A stretch of 46,013 nucleotides of DNA, filler included, from Catajapyx aquilonaris (taxonomy: Eukaryota), in assembly GCA_000934665.2 (NCBI GenBank). It is 2 parts of 2 records of this genome, joined end to end, with 100 filler letters (N's around TTAATTAATTAA, not from the genome) between each part and the next. Parts side by side here need not be neighbours in the genome. Positions count along the whole stretch, not along the records: positions 1 to 22,980 come from JYFJ02005790.1; 1 more part is not named here. The stretch is one strand, 5' to 3'. This document shows positions 1 through 11,702 of this stretch, one piece after another (the stretch's first letter is position 1; every line of letters starts with the position of its first letter). Below the pieces are notes generated by a model. That model was given only the letters and a program-made list of their open reading frames with translations. It was not told the origin of the DNA and searched no databases. A program made the translations under genes and the position numbers.

Positions 1-258
1 AAGCTGCCTAGGAGAAAAAGCTGCCAATTAGCTGCTTTTATTTCATTATAGGAATCAGAATTAAGAATTATGCAAATAATATTAAAAGGGAATTAGGAAA
101 AGTATTTACGATATGTATTTAAATACTTCTGTATTTAAATACTCAGAAATGTATTGAAATACAGGAAAATCAATGTAGTTATAAATACATATCTAAATAC
201 CAAGAAGTATTTAAATACATATTTAAATACATTTGTATTTAAATACTGCCCATCCCTG
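1..258. mobile_element. Right end of a non-autonomous DNA transposon (hAT-like MITE) with arrayed GTATTTAAATAC subterminal palindromes
   Basis: Palindromic GTATTTAAATAC units or variants at 115, 131, 151, 207, 219 and 235, ending in ...GCCCATCCCTG (reverse complement CAGGGATGGGC, a hAT-like terminus). The left end is not in the window. Confidence 0.5.
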
Positions 259-619
259 CCTGTGACCAGATCTTTGTCTCAGCATAGCCGCTGCATGCAA
301 GCAACATATCCAATACAGCAGAAGTTGGCTCCTGCATTGTAAATTTTACTGAAGTAATTAATACAACATGTCACCTGCCCAAGTGATCCTAACTCCTATA
401 ATTTTCAGGTTTTTGATGGTAATTATTATCTGGAATCTTAGAAATGAGACACTCTGCAATATAGCCCGCATCAGTTTAGATTGACTCTGTTTTACTTACC
501 AGACAGTCTCGTAATTATGTATTGTCCTCATTCCTTGGTGGTACAGCAGCAACTTCCCTCAGTAAGACAGAGACAAGAGTGCCCAAGATTACAGAGATCA
601 CAAGTATGAACAAAATGTA

Positions 620-2756
620 AAGTGAATAAATACAGCACTTTATTACAATAATTGAGACTACACTAATGTTCAACAGAATGACCTAGTCACATAATAACAG
701 GAATTGTTTCACATTATTTTCATTTCATTGACATGGGTTCTTTGCAAACACACTCTTTCTTTCCAGCAAGCAATTTGCTGCCTCACTACTTAGCACCAAC
801 AAAGATTCATTATCCTTCCAAAAAAAAAAAGAAAAAAAGAGTAAACCAGGAGTAATAAAAGATGCTGAAAAAGTGCAAAAGGATGAGAGAAGACAGATAA
901 ATGCCTCGGCAGCAATAAATCTCATAAAAATAACAACAAGCACGAGAAAATGGCAAGATGAGAGCCTACAAAATTACTGCCGACAGTGTTCGGTCATGGC
1001 ACAGGCGAGGGGTACGCCACTTATTTGTATTATAATGTCATGTCCACCCATCAACTTCCCCACTTGGCTCAATGAAAGGAGGCCTTTCTTCAACTTTGTG
1101 GGAAGGGATTTGAGCTGACGGTGACCACAACAAGTCAAGTAATCCACCCATCGGGTTGTGTGAACACAGCATTAATGGCACTGTAATAGTAATATTAATA
1201 GTCATATAGTCATAACCAACCAAAACTTAACGACAAGATAAACAAACTCTTGCACACGTGGAGATGACTTTTGGGGATGTGTTTGTCCCTGGTCACATAA
1301 GCGTCAGTATAATTATGTTACATAAATTACAAAGCATAAAAATGATTTGTTTGCAAGATCTGGCCTTGTGCTAATGGCACTGACATAAATCAGCACGTAC
1401 CCACAAAGTCAACGGACTGCACCGTCACCACTGCAACCCTTTCTGTTGTCTCATTGCAACGTACTGTTGCAGAAACCCTGAGTGACCGGCGGAGGACATA
1501 CAGTATGGCAAGGAAACAAGCAAATCGGTCAATGTATCCTAGTCATAAGTATTAAATTTTTTTCTGTGCCAGGTCACTTCTACAAAAGGTGGTAGGAACG
1601 TGAGAGATTCACAATAAATGCGTGTGACTTTGGTGGATGTTGCTGCGATGACTGCAACTATGGTGGAGAATGGGGAGGGGAGGGGTCCAGGGAACTTGTG
1701 TGTGCAGGAGATTCATGTGTATGTGCTCCTACAGCACCAGAAGACTTGAGAAAGTTGAGTTTGCTGCAGGTTGGAAATATTTGCTTGACTAGATAATTTG
1801 TCGGTTCAATGGCACATGCAATGTATAAGTGTGATTGGTATGCTAGGTTTAAAAGGAAGACAGTGGTTTTCCTTGTATACATTGTCCCCATTGCCAATGA
1901 CAACTGTACTGCCTCGAGCTTGCTTCTAAACTGTAATGTGTGCAACAGAAGGAACAACTGAGGAGGTTGCTAACCAACAAGAACAGATGTTTAAAATGGC
2001 ACCAAACACACTCGTGGGCAGAAATTTTGCCCATCGCTTGCTTTGCTTACAGTAAGGTAATAAACATGTATTATAAAGAGGACAACTTGAATACCCAACA
2101 CAAAAGGAGAGTGAGAGATGCAGAGTTCAAACATTCCCAAAGTGTGCATACACCTTCATACGCCATGTCGACAAGTTGTTAGCACGCATGAAATGTGAGA
2201 GTGGCGTTGCTTAGCAGTACCCACGAGCCTCTTCTGCCTAATTCTTTCTTACACTCTCATGTTTGTTAGCTTATATAACTGCATCACAAAAGAGTGGTTC
2301 AGTTTGCTGTTGCTGCCACTATAGTCGAATTAGAAACACTAGGTGTTCAAGATGGTGATGATGGGCAAGTTGAGGAGAAAAATCACTGTCACATGATGTC
2401 CTGCAATAGCTACAGATATGCATGGCAAAAACATGGACACACAAGTAATATGACATTGCACTGCATGAACAGTGGTCAGAGTGCCCGGGAGAGATGACCT
2501 TCCACCCTTATTTATCCACAGCACATGCAAAAATTTCCAGAAAATGTGTTAGCTGTGTGCTGGGATTTCTGAACCAACCATGTACAAGTGACCTGAAACA
2601 AACCAACCAATGTATTCTGCTGCACAAAACACTTGGATGGATGTGATAGTGGGCTGCAGTTCATCATGACTATGGCCCGGCATGCAAGGTTCGAGCCTTA
2701 CTCCGTGAGTTGTGAGACTCTGCTACTTTTTTTTCTGGCACCAGCAAGGAGCATTG
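620..2756 (-). other. ush: Putative ~2.1 kb 3' UTR of ush
   Basis: Lies between the TAG stop (2757-2759) and the AATAAA at 644-639; no evident transposon; rich in miRNA seed matches. Confidence 0.5.
639..644 (-). terminator. Putative polyadenylation signal (AATAAA) of ush
   Basis: TTTATT on + is AATAAA on -, followed downstream on - by a U/GU-rich tract (gtatttattcactttacattttgttcat). Confidence 0.5.
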
Positions 2757-3429
2757 CTACTGCACTGAGGTTTCGGTCCGTCCATTGGACTCACCCACAT
2801 GGCTTGAGCAATAAAACTTCTTGTGGGCAAGGAAGGTGGAAAGATAGTTGAAAGATATGTCGCATGATTTGCAGTACTTGGGCCCACTCTTGTTTACTCC
2901 AGCACTACTGCTTTTTCCCAGGATTTGGGGATGATCATCACCCTCTCCGCCCTCGATCTTGCCTTCCTCTTGCCCTCCTTCACCTTCTCCAGTATCCCCT
3001 TTTGTCCCTCCTCCATGACTAGATGAGGATCTTTCTGGATCCTTTTCGTCATCCTCCTCATCCTTTTCTTCTAGCAATGGTGGTGGCGGTGGCGGTGGCG
3101 GCGGTGGTGGGGAAGTACCCTCTTCCAGTGTCTCTTCTGGTTCCTTCTTGATCTTGATGACCATAGAAGATGGTGATGAGGAAGAGGATGAAGAAGAGGA
3201 CGAGGAAGACAAGTTGGAAGAGTGATCATCCTTGTTGTTGCAAGTCTCTTCCCCACCGCCACCACCAGCTGAACTGCTGCTTGACCCATGCACCAATTTC
3301 ATGTGTCGTGCTACATTTCCCTTATATGAAGAACTGTAATTGCACCAGTCACAATAGTGGAGTTTGTCAGAGCGGCAAGGCAGAGGCGATGGGGAAGGTG
3401 AGGCAGATGACCAGGATGATGCTCCATCT
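2757..3429 (-). CDS. ush: U-shaped/FOG, last coding exon: C2H2 finger [23 protein letters not shown]-terminal CCHC finger [25 protein letters not shown] stop
   Basis: Acceptor ctcttttgcag| at 3430, phase 2, matches donor aa|gtaat at 3545. Finger sequences match Ush fingers 8 and 9. Confidence 0.93.
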
Positions 3430-3545
3430 CTGCAAAAGAGGTGGGCTTAGATGTTAATCTTGAGCCTATGAAAAAATATGTGTTTAGGACACAGTCAAGC
3501 ATTAATATTTCCAGTTTATTGTGATAATTATGGGGAAAAAATTAC

Positions 3546-4198
3546 TTGTGGTCCTTGCTGGAAAGCACATCGCCTGCTTCAATGGTATCAGATGATGCTG
3601 GGATTGTGGCAGGCTCAGGTTCTGCCTTGATGGCACGAGGTATTCCAGATTGTGCAGGTTTCCGAAGATGAGAATGGTGGTGGTGGTGGTGGTGATGGTG
3701 GTGGTGTTGGTGAGATGTGTGATGGTGGACACCATTGTGATTGGCAACAGGAGGTTCAGCATCTTGTGAAGGTGAAGGTGTAGCAGAGGAAGGTGTGTCT
3801 CCTCCTCCAAGAATGCAAGCAATGTAGTTTTCCTCATGCAACTCAGCTGACCTCTTGTCAAAGTGCATGCGAATGTGAGTGCGCATTCCCCTGATTGTGT
3901 TTCCCCGATAGCCACAGAGCGTGCAGCGGAAGGCCCTGATTCCCGAGTGGGTCTCTAGATGCTTCTGTGCAGCGCTGGCTGTCGGGCTGCACACATCACA
4001 GCAGGGGCATTTCCAGCCTGGTGTCCCTGCACTCACTGTGGCACATGTGTGCAATGACAATTGTCCTTCTGAAACCAGCAGTTTGCAGCGTGAGCACCTC
4101 CGAAAACCCTTAGCCTCACTTTCCTCCAAAGTGTGCTGTTGTTGCTGTGGCTGACCTTTCCCACCATCTCTCTTTGGGCAATAATACAGCTGGTGAGC
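3546..4198 (-). CDS. ush: ush exon: second half of a CCHC finger (AHQLYYC), two C2H2 fingers (CPCC..HLETH; CTLCGYRGNTIRGMRTHIRMH), poly-His
   Basis: Acceptor actttcccag| at 4199, phase 0; open frame to donor at 3545; GYRGNTxRGMRTHIR is diagnostic of Ush/FOG. Confidence 0.93.
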
Positions 4199-4274
4199 CT
4201 GGGAAAGTTGAAACCAATGTTGTAAAAGCTTGGCTCTATGTGTCTACCGTAAATGCCTTTTACTTGCATCATAC

Positions 4275-4502
4275 CTGCAGGTTGTCAGGTGAGGTGTACT
4301 TGATCCCACAAGCAATGCAGATGAACTGCACAAGGGTCTTGTTGTGAGATGAAGTGGGAATGTTTAAAGTTGCAGTAGATGTTGGAGTTGGGGTGGTGGG
4401 TGTTTGCGGTGTTGGGGTAGGGACCCCATCACTGGAGCCATCACTCACACCCACTGGAGAGGGGCTTGGAGTAGGAGTATGTTTCTGAAGTGCTTGTTCC
4501 AC
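4275..4502 (-). CDS. ush: ush exon: Pro/Thr-rich linker and first half of CCHC finger (CIACGIKYTSPDNLQ)
   Basis: Acceptor atctctccag| at 4503; donor cag|gtatga at 4274; splicing completes CIACGIKYTSPDNLQ-AHQLYYC. Confidence 0.92.
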
Positions 4503-4669
4503 CTGGAGAGATGAGTCAGCATTAGATAGAGTGACAAAAAATGGCAATGCCTGTTGGGTAGGAGACATTTTTACATAAACTCAATTTTTTTTCTTGCAGC
4601 ATGAAATGAAATGTGTCTGAAAATTGTCTGAAAAGTGTCTGTTACAAACTGAAAGGAGCCAATGACTAC

Positions 4670-5043
4670 CTCTGAGGTGGCAGGAGACACAACGACAACA
4701 GGTCCATCCTCTGGCACTGCAGCCTTCCTTGCTGCACAATAATGCTCTTTGTGCACCAGGTAGTTTTCATGCTTGCAGAAGACAATGTTGCAGTCACGAC
4801 ACTTGGACACACCTCTCTTTACCAACACAGGTGCAGGCAAAGGAGGTAGGTTGACAGCAGCTACAAAGGCTTCAGATGGACTCCCACTCAACAGGCGCAG
4901 GCTAAGCTCTGCAGGTAAAGTAGGAATAATTCCCAGGAGAGATGATGGCGGCGGTGGCGGCGGCGGGGGTGGAGGAGGTAGGGCAGGGGAATGATGACGT
5001 GACAGGTCCAACTTGCTGCTGCTCTCCGAATCTGGATGGTTGC
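4670..5043 (-). CDS. ush: ush exon: poly-Pro and CCHC finger KRGVSKCRDCNIVFCKHENYLVHKEHYC
   Basis: Acceptor ttgacag| at 5044 (phase 1); donor gag|gtagtc at 4669; KxGVSKCxxCNIVFCK is an Ush signature. Confidence 0.9.
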
Positions 5044-5134
5044 CTGTCAATGTTTCATATGCCAGTGTTACCTTTCTATAAGACTTTGATACTATATTCC
5101 AAGTAGAATCACCCCAAATGATTATTACAAGTAC

Positions 5135-5445
5135 CTGAATAAAGATGGGCTTCCTTCTCGTCACTGTTTGCGTCGACACCGCCTGTGGCTTCCCCCTCGC
5201 CGCTTTCCCTACGGATACGTAGGTCCAGCGGCACCTCAGAGGGGGCAGAGTTGTCGTTGGCCGACGATGGCCTCGATACACTGCTTGGCGCTGTCGGTGG
5301 GCCTTGAGATGGAGGAGGCAACGGAGGAGAAACACCGGCTCTACTGCTTGCAGAAGGAGCCATTACTGAGAATGGTGTTGGAGGCAGGCTATGCACAGTT
5401 CCATTTGGCAGCACAATGCAGGCGTTTTGAGTTGGAAGAAGTCCG
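5135..5445 (-). CDS. ush: ush exon containing the CtBP-binding motif PLDLR (5217-5231)
   Basis: Acceptor ttttcttccacag| at 5446 (phase 2); donor tcag|gtactt at 5134 (phase 1); frame consistent with both neighbours. Confidence 0.9.
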
Positions 5446-5516
5446 CTGTGGAAGAAAAGCAACTTCCTTAGTTTCTGACTACTACATGGGTTACTTGGAG
5501 TTAAGCCTAGACTAAC

Positions 5517-6026
5517 CTGGGAAGGAGGCTGGCACCTTGCACGAAGGAGTAGGGCACCACCAGCACCGGATTCGTAGGCAGGGCCAGATATGGCAGGTGA
5601 TCTGCAGTTGCAGGCATTTCTGCGGAAGAGCTTGTGGATGTGGGAGGAGGCGGAGGCGGAGGAGGGAGGGAGGGTGGTGGAGGAGGAGGTGGAGGAAGAG
5701 GAGGTGAGGGCGGCACCAGGTCCTTCGACGTCCCTGCCGCTGCTTCTTCAGAAGAACCGCTCGTCGAAGTGGCGGCAGTGGAAGCGGAGGCTGCCGCTGC
5801 CGCTGCTGCCGCCCTCAGCCCCGGTTTGAACAGATGGCGGGTGCTGCAATAGTACTGCTTGTGTACGCGGAAGTTCTTCAGAGACGAGAACTGAATGTCG
5901 CAGTCTTGACAGTAGCGCTCAACCGCCCCTGCTACCACCGCGGCTGTTGACAGGCTCAGCGCCGCCGCAGCCTCCAGTTGGGTCTGTTGCAGAGCAGTTG
6001 GAACCGCCAAACCACCAGGTTCCTCG
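5517..6026 (-). CDS. ush: ush exon: CCHC finger CQDCDIQFSSLKNFRVHKQYYC, poly-Ala, poly-Pro, conserved YLALPTNPVLVVPYS segment
   Basis: Acceptor gttttgtgcag| at 6027; donor ag|gttagt at 5516; phases 2-2. Confidence 0.92.
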
Positions 6027-6085
6027 CTGCACAAAACACACTTTGTAGTCACACCTGCTCCTTCAATCAAGAGTTATTAGCCTAC

Positions 6086-6362
6086 CTGCTGGAGATGGCC
6101 CCGGAATGGGCTGTCGGAGAGGTGGGCGTAAGAGCATGAATTCTCATGTGCCTCTGGAGGCTGACCTTCTTGTCGGCGCTGTAGGAGCAATGGGAGCAAC
6201 AGAACTGCTTGCCAGTCTTGTGCGCCTTGGCTGCGGGTTGGAGCTCGGAAGAAGAGGACGACGATGGTGCAACCGCCATTGTCTCTTCTCCTCCACACTC
6301 CTTCTCGCTGCTCTTGCTTTCCTCACTTTCCGAATGTTGATGTCGGTCGCAGTTATCCTTGC
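6086..6362 (-). CDS. ush: ush exon: C2H2 finger CSHCSYSADKKVSLQRHMRIH
   Basis: Acceptor ggcag| at 6363 (phase 1); donor ag|gtagg at 6085; SYSADKKVSLxRHMR matches Ush finger 2. Confidence 0.92.
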
Positions 6363-6983
6363 CTGCCATGGTCCAAAGGTATACTCACGTTACACTGTGA
6401 AACGGGTCCGCTATACACTACTAGTTTCGCTTACTTAATAACCCATCTGTTAAGATCCCATTTGTACATAAGTGGTACAGTTTTCCGTGATGATTACAGC
6501 AGCAGGAACAATGAAGTAATCAGTTCGAATAATTTTCATCGAGTGCGACTGTGTACCGGTATGTGGTAAATGCGCAAAACGAAATTGACAGAAACCACTA
6601 ATAACGTATGAAAAAAAATGCAACACAACTTGTTGAATTCTCAAATAATACTTTCCCCGAATTATGACCAGGTATAATTTTGAACTAAAACAGCCACGTT
6701 TAATAGCGCTCTCTGTCTGCACCGAATCTATCTATCATTCAGTAGGCGGTTATCTTGCATACAATATGCATTAAAAAAGCAGCGAGACCTCGATGCGCAC
6801 AAAATACATTTCGCCAACCACTAAAGTACCACAAGTCATGCCATGCCCCACCCTCGAAATCTCCAGCCACTTTTACGCGCCCAGCACAAAAAAAAAAAAA
6901 AAATCCAAAAAATTAATATGACACCGTAAAAGACGTAAAATAGTCAACTACTAGTTTGACCTTTCCATCTACATACATCCGTT

Positions 6984-7024
6984 CATCCATCCATCCACCC
7001 ATCCATCCATCCATCCATCCATCC
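6984..7024 (+). repeat. (CATC)n microsatellite
   Basis: About 10 near-perfect CATC units. Confidence 0.9.
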
Positions 7025-7690
7025 GATTAGGACCAGCGTGGAAACATAGAGCTGGATGCTTCCCCTCCCCCCTCTCCCCAACCCCTCCAACCCCCTAATC
7101 TGGCGGGCAGAGGCGATATCTTCATAGTAGGCTGAGCTCACAATACCAAATTAAACTATCGATTGGCGAACGGGAAGCGCTGTGTGCACTTCCCATTTAC
7201 AGCATTTGTCATTGAACACTATGGAGATTTGAAAGCTGTTAGGACGCGTCATTCACGCCGAGCGACAGCTCCATTCCACCCCCTCCATCCCCCTCCACCC
7301 ACCAGCCCCCCCACTCTTTGTATGCTTGGTTCGTGTTGTTCTCCGAGGCCTCATTAGCACCCGGCCGACAGACCAACCGACCACATGATTATTCCTCCTG
7401 AAGCCAACAATTGGCCCTCCGCGGCAACTCGCGCGTTCCTTCGCGCTTGCCCCGCGTTTTCTCGGCGGATTACCGCTATCCCTGGCACGCTGCCGTTCCA
7501 AATATTTCCGCCTTCTAAAGCGGTCGCCAAGTGATAACTGCTACAAATTTGGCTCGCCAATCGCTTCCTATTTGCCCCCATATACGTGGAGGCATATCGA
7601 GTACCCCGGTGCCAAATCAGTCGACTCAAAACCCCGCCCAATGATACGCATCCTGTTCTGACAATGCAGTTACCATTGTTGTGGACTTAC

Positions 7691-7804
7691 GTTTGACCGA
7701 AGGCTCTTCCTTGATCCTATGGGAGCAGTAGTACGTCTGATGGGCTTCCAGGGTGCTGGCCGAGCTGAATCGGATGCCGCAAGGCTCGCATACATACACC
7801 GGAC
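7691..7804 (-). CDS. ush: ush exon encoding CCHC finger 1 (PVYVCEPCGIRFSSASTLEAHQTYYCSHRIKEEPSVK)
   Basis: Not in the ORF track. Acceptor gattcttccttag| at 7805; donor c|gtaagt at 7690; 114 nt, phase 1-1. Translation matches Ush finger 1 (CxPCGIxFSSxSTLEAHQxYYC). Confidence 0.95.
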
Positions 7805-9088
7805 CTAAGGAAGAATCAGAAACAGTTCGGTACTATATGTTGTCCGATCTTATGTCTTGTGTACCCAGCCATTTTCTTTCTTCCCTAGCCCGAGTGGGGC
7901 AATTAAAGCAGGCGTGCTGAAGACTGTATCCAGTCACGTTCAGGATGACGGCCGTAATTGTTTCCCTGCCGCCATCACCTCATTAATTAGCTCTGTCTAA
8001 ACATGCAGTTACAGGCGGCGGTCTGGCCGTCCCCAGAGCGACTCAATGAGGACGCTATGGCCCGTTTCCGATCATTCGGCCACCAGGCCCAATATTTACA
8101 GGGTATGAGAAGACCACAGGTGTATAGGCTAACTTCAGTAGTCGGGGAGGGACATTCAAATTATGGCTGTGCATTTTGGGACATTTGGTTCGGAAATTTT
8201 ACGCAGGTTTATCAAATATGCTGGCATAGGATGTGGCCAATAGATATAATTGTAATTTGTGGCTCTATATACCTACTCAGAGAGGGGTTTCAGATGGCTA
8301 AGTTATGGCAAACTGGGTGAAGTTGATATGCGACAGATCGACCGCTATTGTGGTGTGTGAACACACCGCTGGCTCATTTCGTTGAATTTCTCCGTCGGAA
8401 ACTTTTGCGTTATGATCAGTGACAGAATGAAGCAGGCAGATTGTTGAAAATTCTTGGGTGGTAGATTAGTAGGATACTTTTTGTGCGCTTGGTGTACTCT
8501 ACAAAAAATCGGTTGAAATAAGTCTATAACCTCTAGAAAATCAGTAATGTGGGAACATTAGAGGCCTTTACCAAAGAGCGTTAAACGTCGCAAGTTATTC
8601 ACTCCAGCAAGTCAACTTTATCGTTTTATTGATTGCAACTGTCAGTAATTTCGACATCACAAACTGTGGGGCGGAAGGAAGTGTGGTGTGGAAACTCTCT
8701 GTCCAAATATACTAATGCAAGTTTGTTAATGTCAAGGAAACCAAACAATGACAATAGCACTCTTGCCAATAACTTCAGCCACTCACTAATTGAATAGGCC
8801 AATGCTGACAAAAGCCTCTTATACGCGAACAATTTCACGACAAATGAAACGCGCAATTTACATGCAAATCTTTAAAAATCTTGACCTAAGGGATATGTAT
8901 ATGCTCTACTCACCCAGCCTAATGTCCGCTATTCTGTGTAATGGCCGCATTTTGAATAGTGACTTCCTTGGCATAACCGGTACCCTCGACATATGCAATC
9001 AGAACTAGCCCGTGTCACTGCTGATGCGTAAATGGGCTCACTTTGAGAAGTAAAATTACAAGTTGCACGCATGAGATGAGACAGACTT

Positions 9089-9260
9089 AGATAAACCTGG
9101 ATAGCACATTTTAATATAAGCTCGAAGACAAAGTGTATGGTAACGCAAGTTTCGCGCCCTTGCAGCTTCGCAGAGCAGCTGATTATCTCTCAATGGGATA
9201 AGAAGTGACTCAAGTCGTCCCTAGTAGGGTTTCGATAATTTTGCTAACAATGCCAGATAA
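9089..9260. promoter_or_regulatory. Candidate intronic GATA-cluster enhancer
   Basis: Six GATA(A/G) cores (9089, 9099, 9183, 9196, 9233, 9255) plus an AP-1 site TGACTCA (9206-9212) in ~170 bp. Confidence 0.35.
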
Positions 9261-11702
9261 TGAGTCTTAAGACACCGCGGCAAGAGTTCACATAAAATAA
9301 TCGGAATCATGCTTCTGTGCATCTCCATCTTCCTAATGTTTCGAGAACTGGTTACGGCGAAGACAATAAAACTCGCCTAAAAACGAATCTACTACAGTGC
9401 CCACTACTGAATGAAGTACTATTATAGGCAAGAGGGACACCCCACCCATTGCTGCGACTAGAAGTTTACCTGCTGGCCGGAACTCATGCTTGTCTGACTT
9501 GCTGGGTTTGTTGGCGGAGGCTGCCACTGAAGGAACCACCAGGCCATCGTGAAGCACGGGCAGGTAAAACAACGGCGTTTCTGCAAGTGACACAACAATC
9601 ACTCCAGTGCAAGTATATGCGGCCAGTCTCCAAATGATCTAAAGAGGGTGTCTAGCACTGATCTATTTCAATCACATGAGTCGACTAATCTACCTACAAC
9701 CTTAATTTCACACCAGCGCGGCGCAGCGGCTACATATAGCCTGTGGAACTACAATGCAATGCACTATTGTCGGGATGAATCACCTCTCTACCGCAACTTG
9801 CATGGCAAGGTTACAGGGTAAAAATCACTGGTGTTGCAAGAACACTCTGATCGTAAAAGTTCCACTCGAATTATTCATAGTGATTAAGTACAGTACTGCA
9901 GAGTGGCGATCAAGTACTTATGAACAACAACAACTCGATAAGAGTACTTCAGATTTCGAGGACTAAGTCGAGCTGGTAGATAACTGTGTCATGCATTAGA
10001 AATCCGATGGTGCACTATCGCAGATGCATATGCAGGGCTTCCGACGACACCAAGGTCTTACTGCATCAGGTCATTTTTTCTACTTAATGGCACAAAATTT
10101 TTGCGTCAGGCTGGAAACGTACGATATGAAGGTATTCAAAATACTGTACCAAACTGTATCAAACATCGGGGATTGTGTACATGGGGGGCATACTTGTGGG
10201 TTGTGGCCAGTTATTTCCCCACATTGTATACTGCATCAGCATATACTACACAGCATGATGGTGTGATTGCGCAGCACCCATGTGTGTATAGGGAATGATA
10301 TTGTTTTCGCCTGCCAGGAAAATAATGGTCAATATTGTGGGCTGCTGATTGGAATAAATTGATGAAATAGGCACTGAACGACATGAATAATTTGGGAGTC
10401 CGTGAGGCAGACACAACCAAATGAAACATGAAAATGGAGATGGACGGTTACGCAACGTTTGGCTCGCCAGCCATTAACTCACCATACCTGACTTCGCCGC
10501 AGAACAAGCCAAAACCGAACCCAGGTCTCAATTAACTTAATTGGAACTCCATTGTTGACCAACCAACTCTCCAGGGACATCTAATTATTGACACTGCCCA
10601 ACTCCAGTGCACGCCACGAATGGCTTTCATTCTGCGCAAGGACTGAATGGTTGCGTACACTTTTGGGGGGCGGCCGTGTATCGTGAAATAGTAGGCCTAT
10701 ATACAGCCAATAGACAGCATAGATGGCTTAGATTGCGACATTTGAAGCGATATTTCCAAAGCATGACGAGACCCAATACTGTATTACACCAAGACCGCAC
10801 CCTAATTCATTGCATGTGAACGACGTTTTGTCACTGTGTCGCCCGGTTTTAATGTCATCAAACTAATCGAGCCAGTATATCCCCACACCTCTGTTCATCA
10901 ATAACAGGCACCACTAACCCGCATATAACGTGGCAAACTGCACTTCCTAATAAACTTCGGCTAGAATAATGCATATGCGGCCAGCAGCAAAATAATCTTC
11001 GACATCAGGTAGGGCCGGGTAATTACGGGGGCTACGACGGTGGGGCTCGTGTGCTGCGGCTCGACAAGCCCGCATTTTTGTCCGACTAGGTTGAAGTGTC
11101 GCATAGTTCTTATTTGGCCATAAAGCAAGTTGCGCCGGGCTTTTCCGCAAGCTCGGCAATAAAACAATTCAGAACCAACTCGAGCCAGCTCAACTTGACG
11201 AAGGGAGGAAAGGGCGGAGGAGTACATTGCGACAGCACAGACCAGTTAAAGGGAACGTCAATGTCACGGCACGGGAGCTATTGGCCGACCAATCAAACGA
11301 CACCTATATATACAGGGTCTTCATAAATTACATTTGCAAAGTGAAAAATATTCATTTCTCAATGATTTTGAAATAAATACTTTTTCCTAATGTGAATTGG
11401 TCGACTCGTAAGATGAAGAGAGTGAAACCAAAGGCAATGTTTGGGTGGCCAGCATAATGAGCAACAAGTTTTGAATTGGCTGTCCACTGAATCTGATGGA
11501 TTATACAGGGCAGGTAAATAAGATTGCATTTTATCTTGATGTAACCTGGGAGGCTTGGCAACCAGAGCTGCATAGGGGTATGAAAGGCGGCTAGAAAAGT
11601 AACAGCTTATCTACCCAGCGCGAGTATAATCCATCACACCATGAGCGACACGGCAATCAAACCTTGTTGCGGCTCTTCATGAACCTGTAGGCCCACATAC
11701 AT

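Noticed and set aside
101..246. CRISPR-like spaced palindromic repeats
   Set aside because: Eukaryotic context, 12-bp repeats with irregular short spacers; these are TE subterminal repeats.
242..248. miR-8 seed match (AATACTG)
   Set aside because: Lies within the MITE, beyond the predicted poly(A) site; none seen inside the UTR.
3071..6569. Many overlapping or antisense ORFs over the ush exons
   Set aside because: Shadow ORFs of GC-rich, low-complexity coding sequence.
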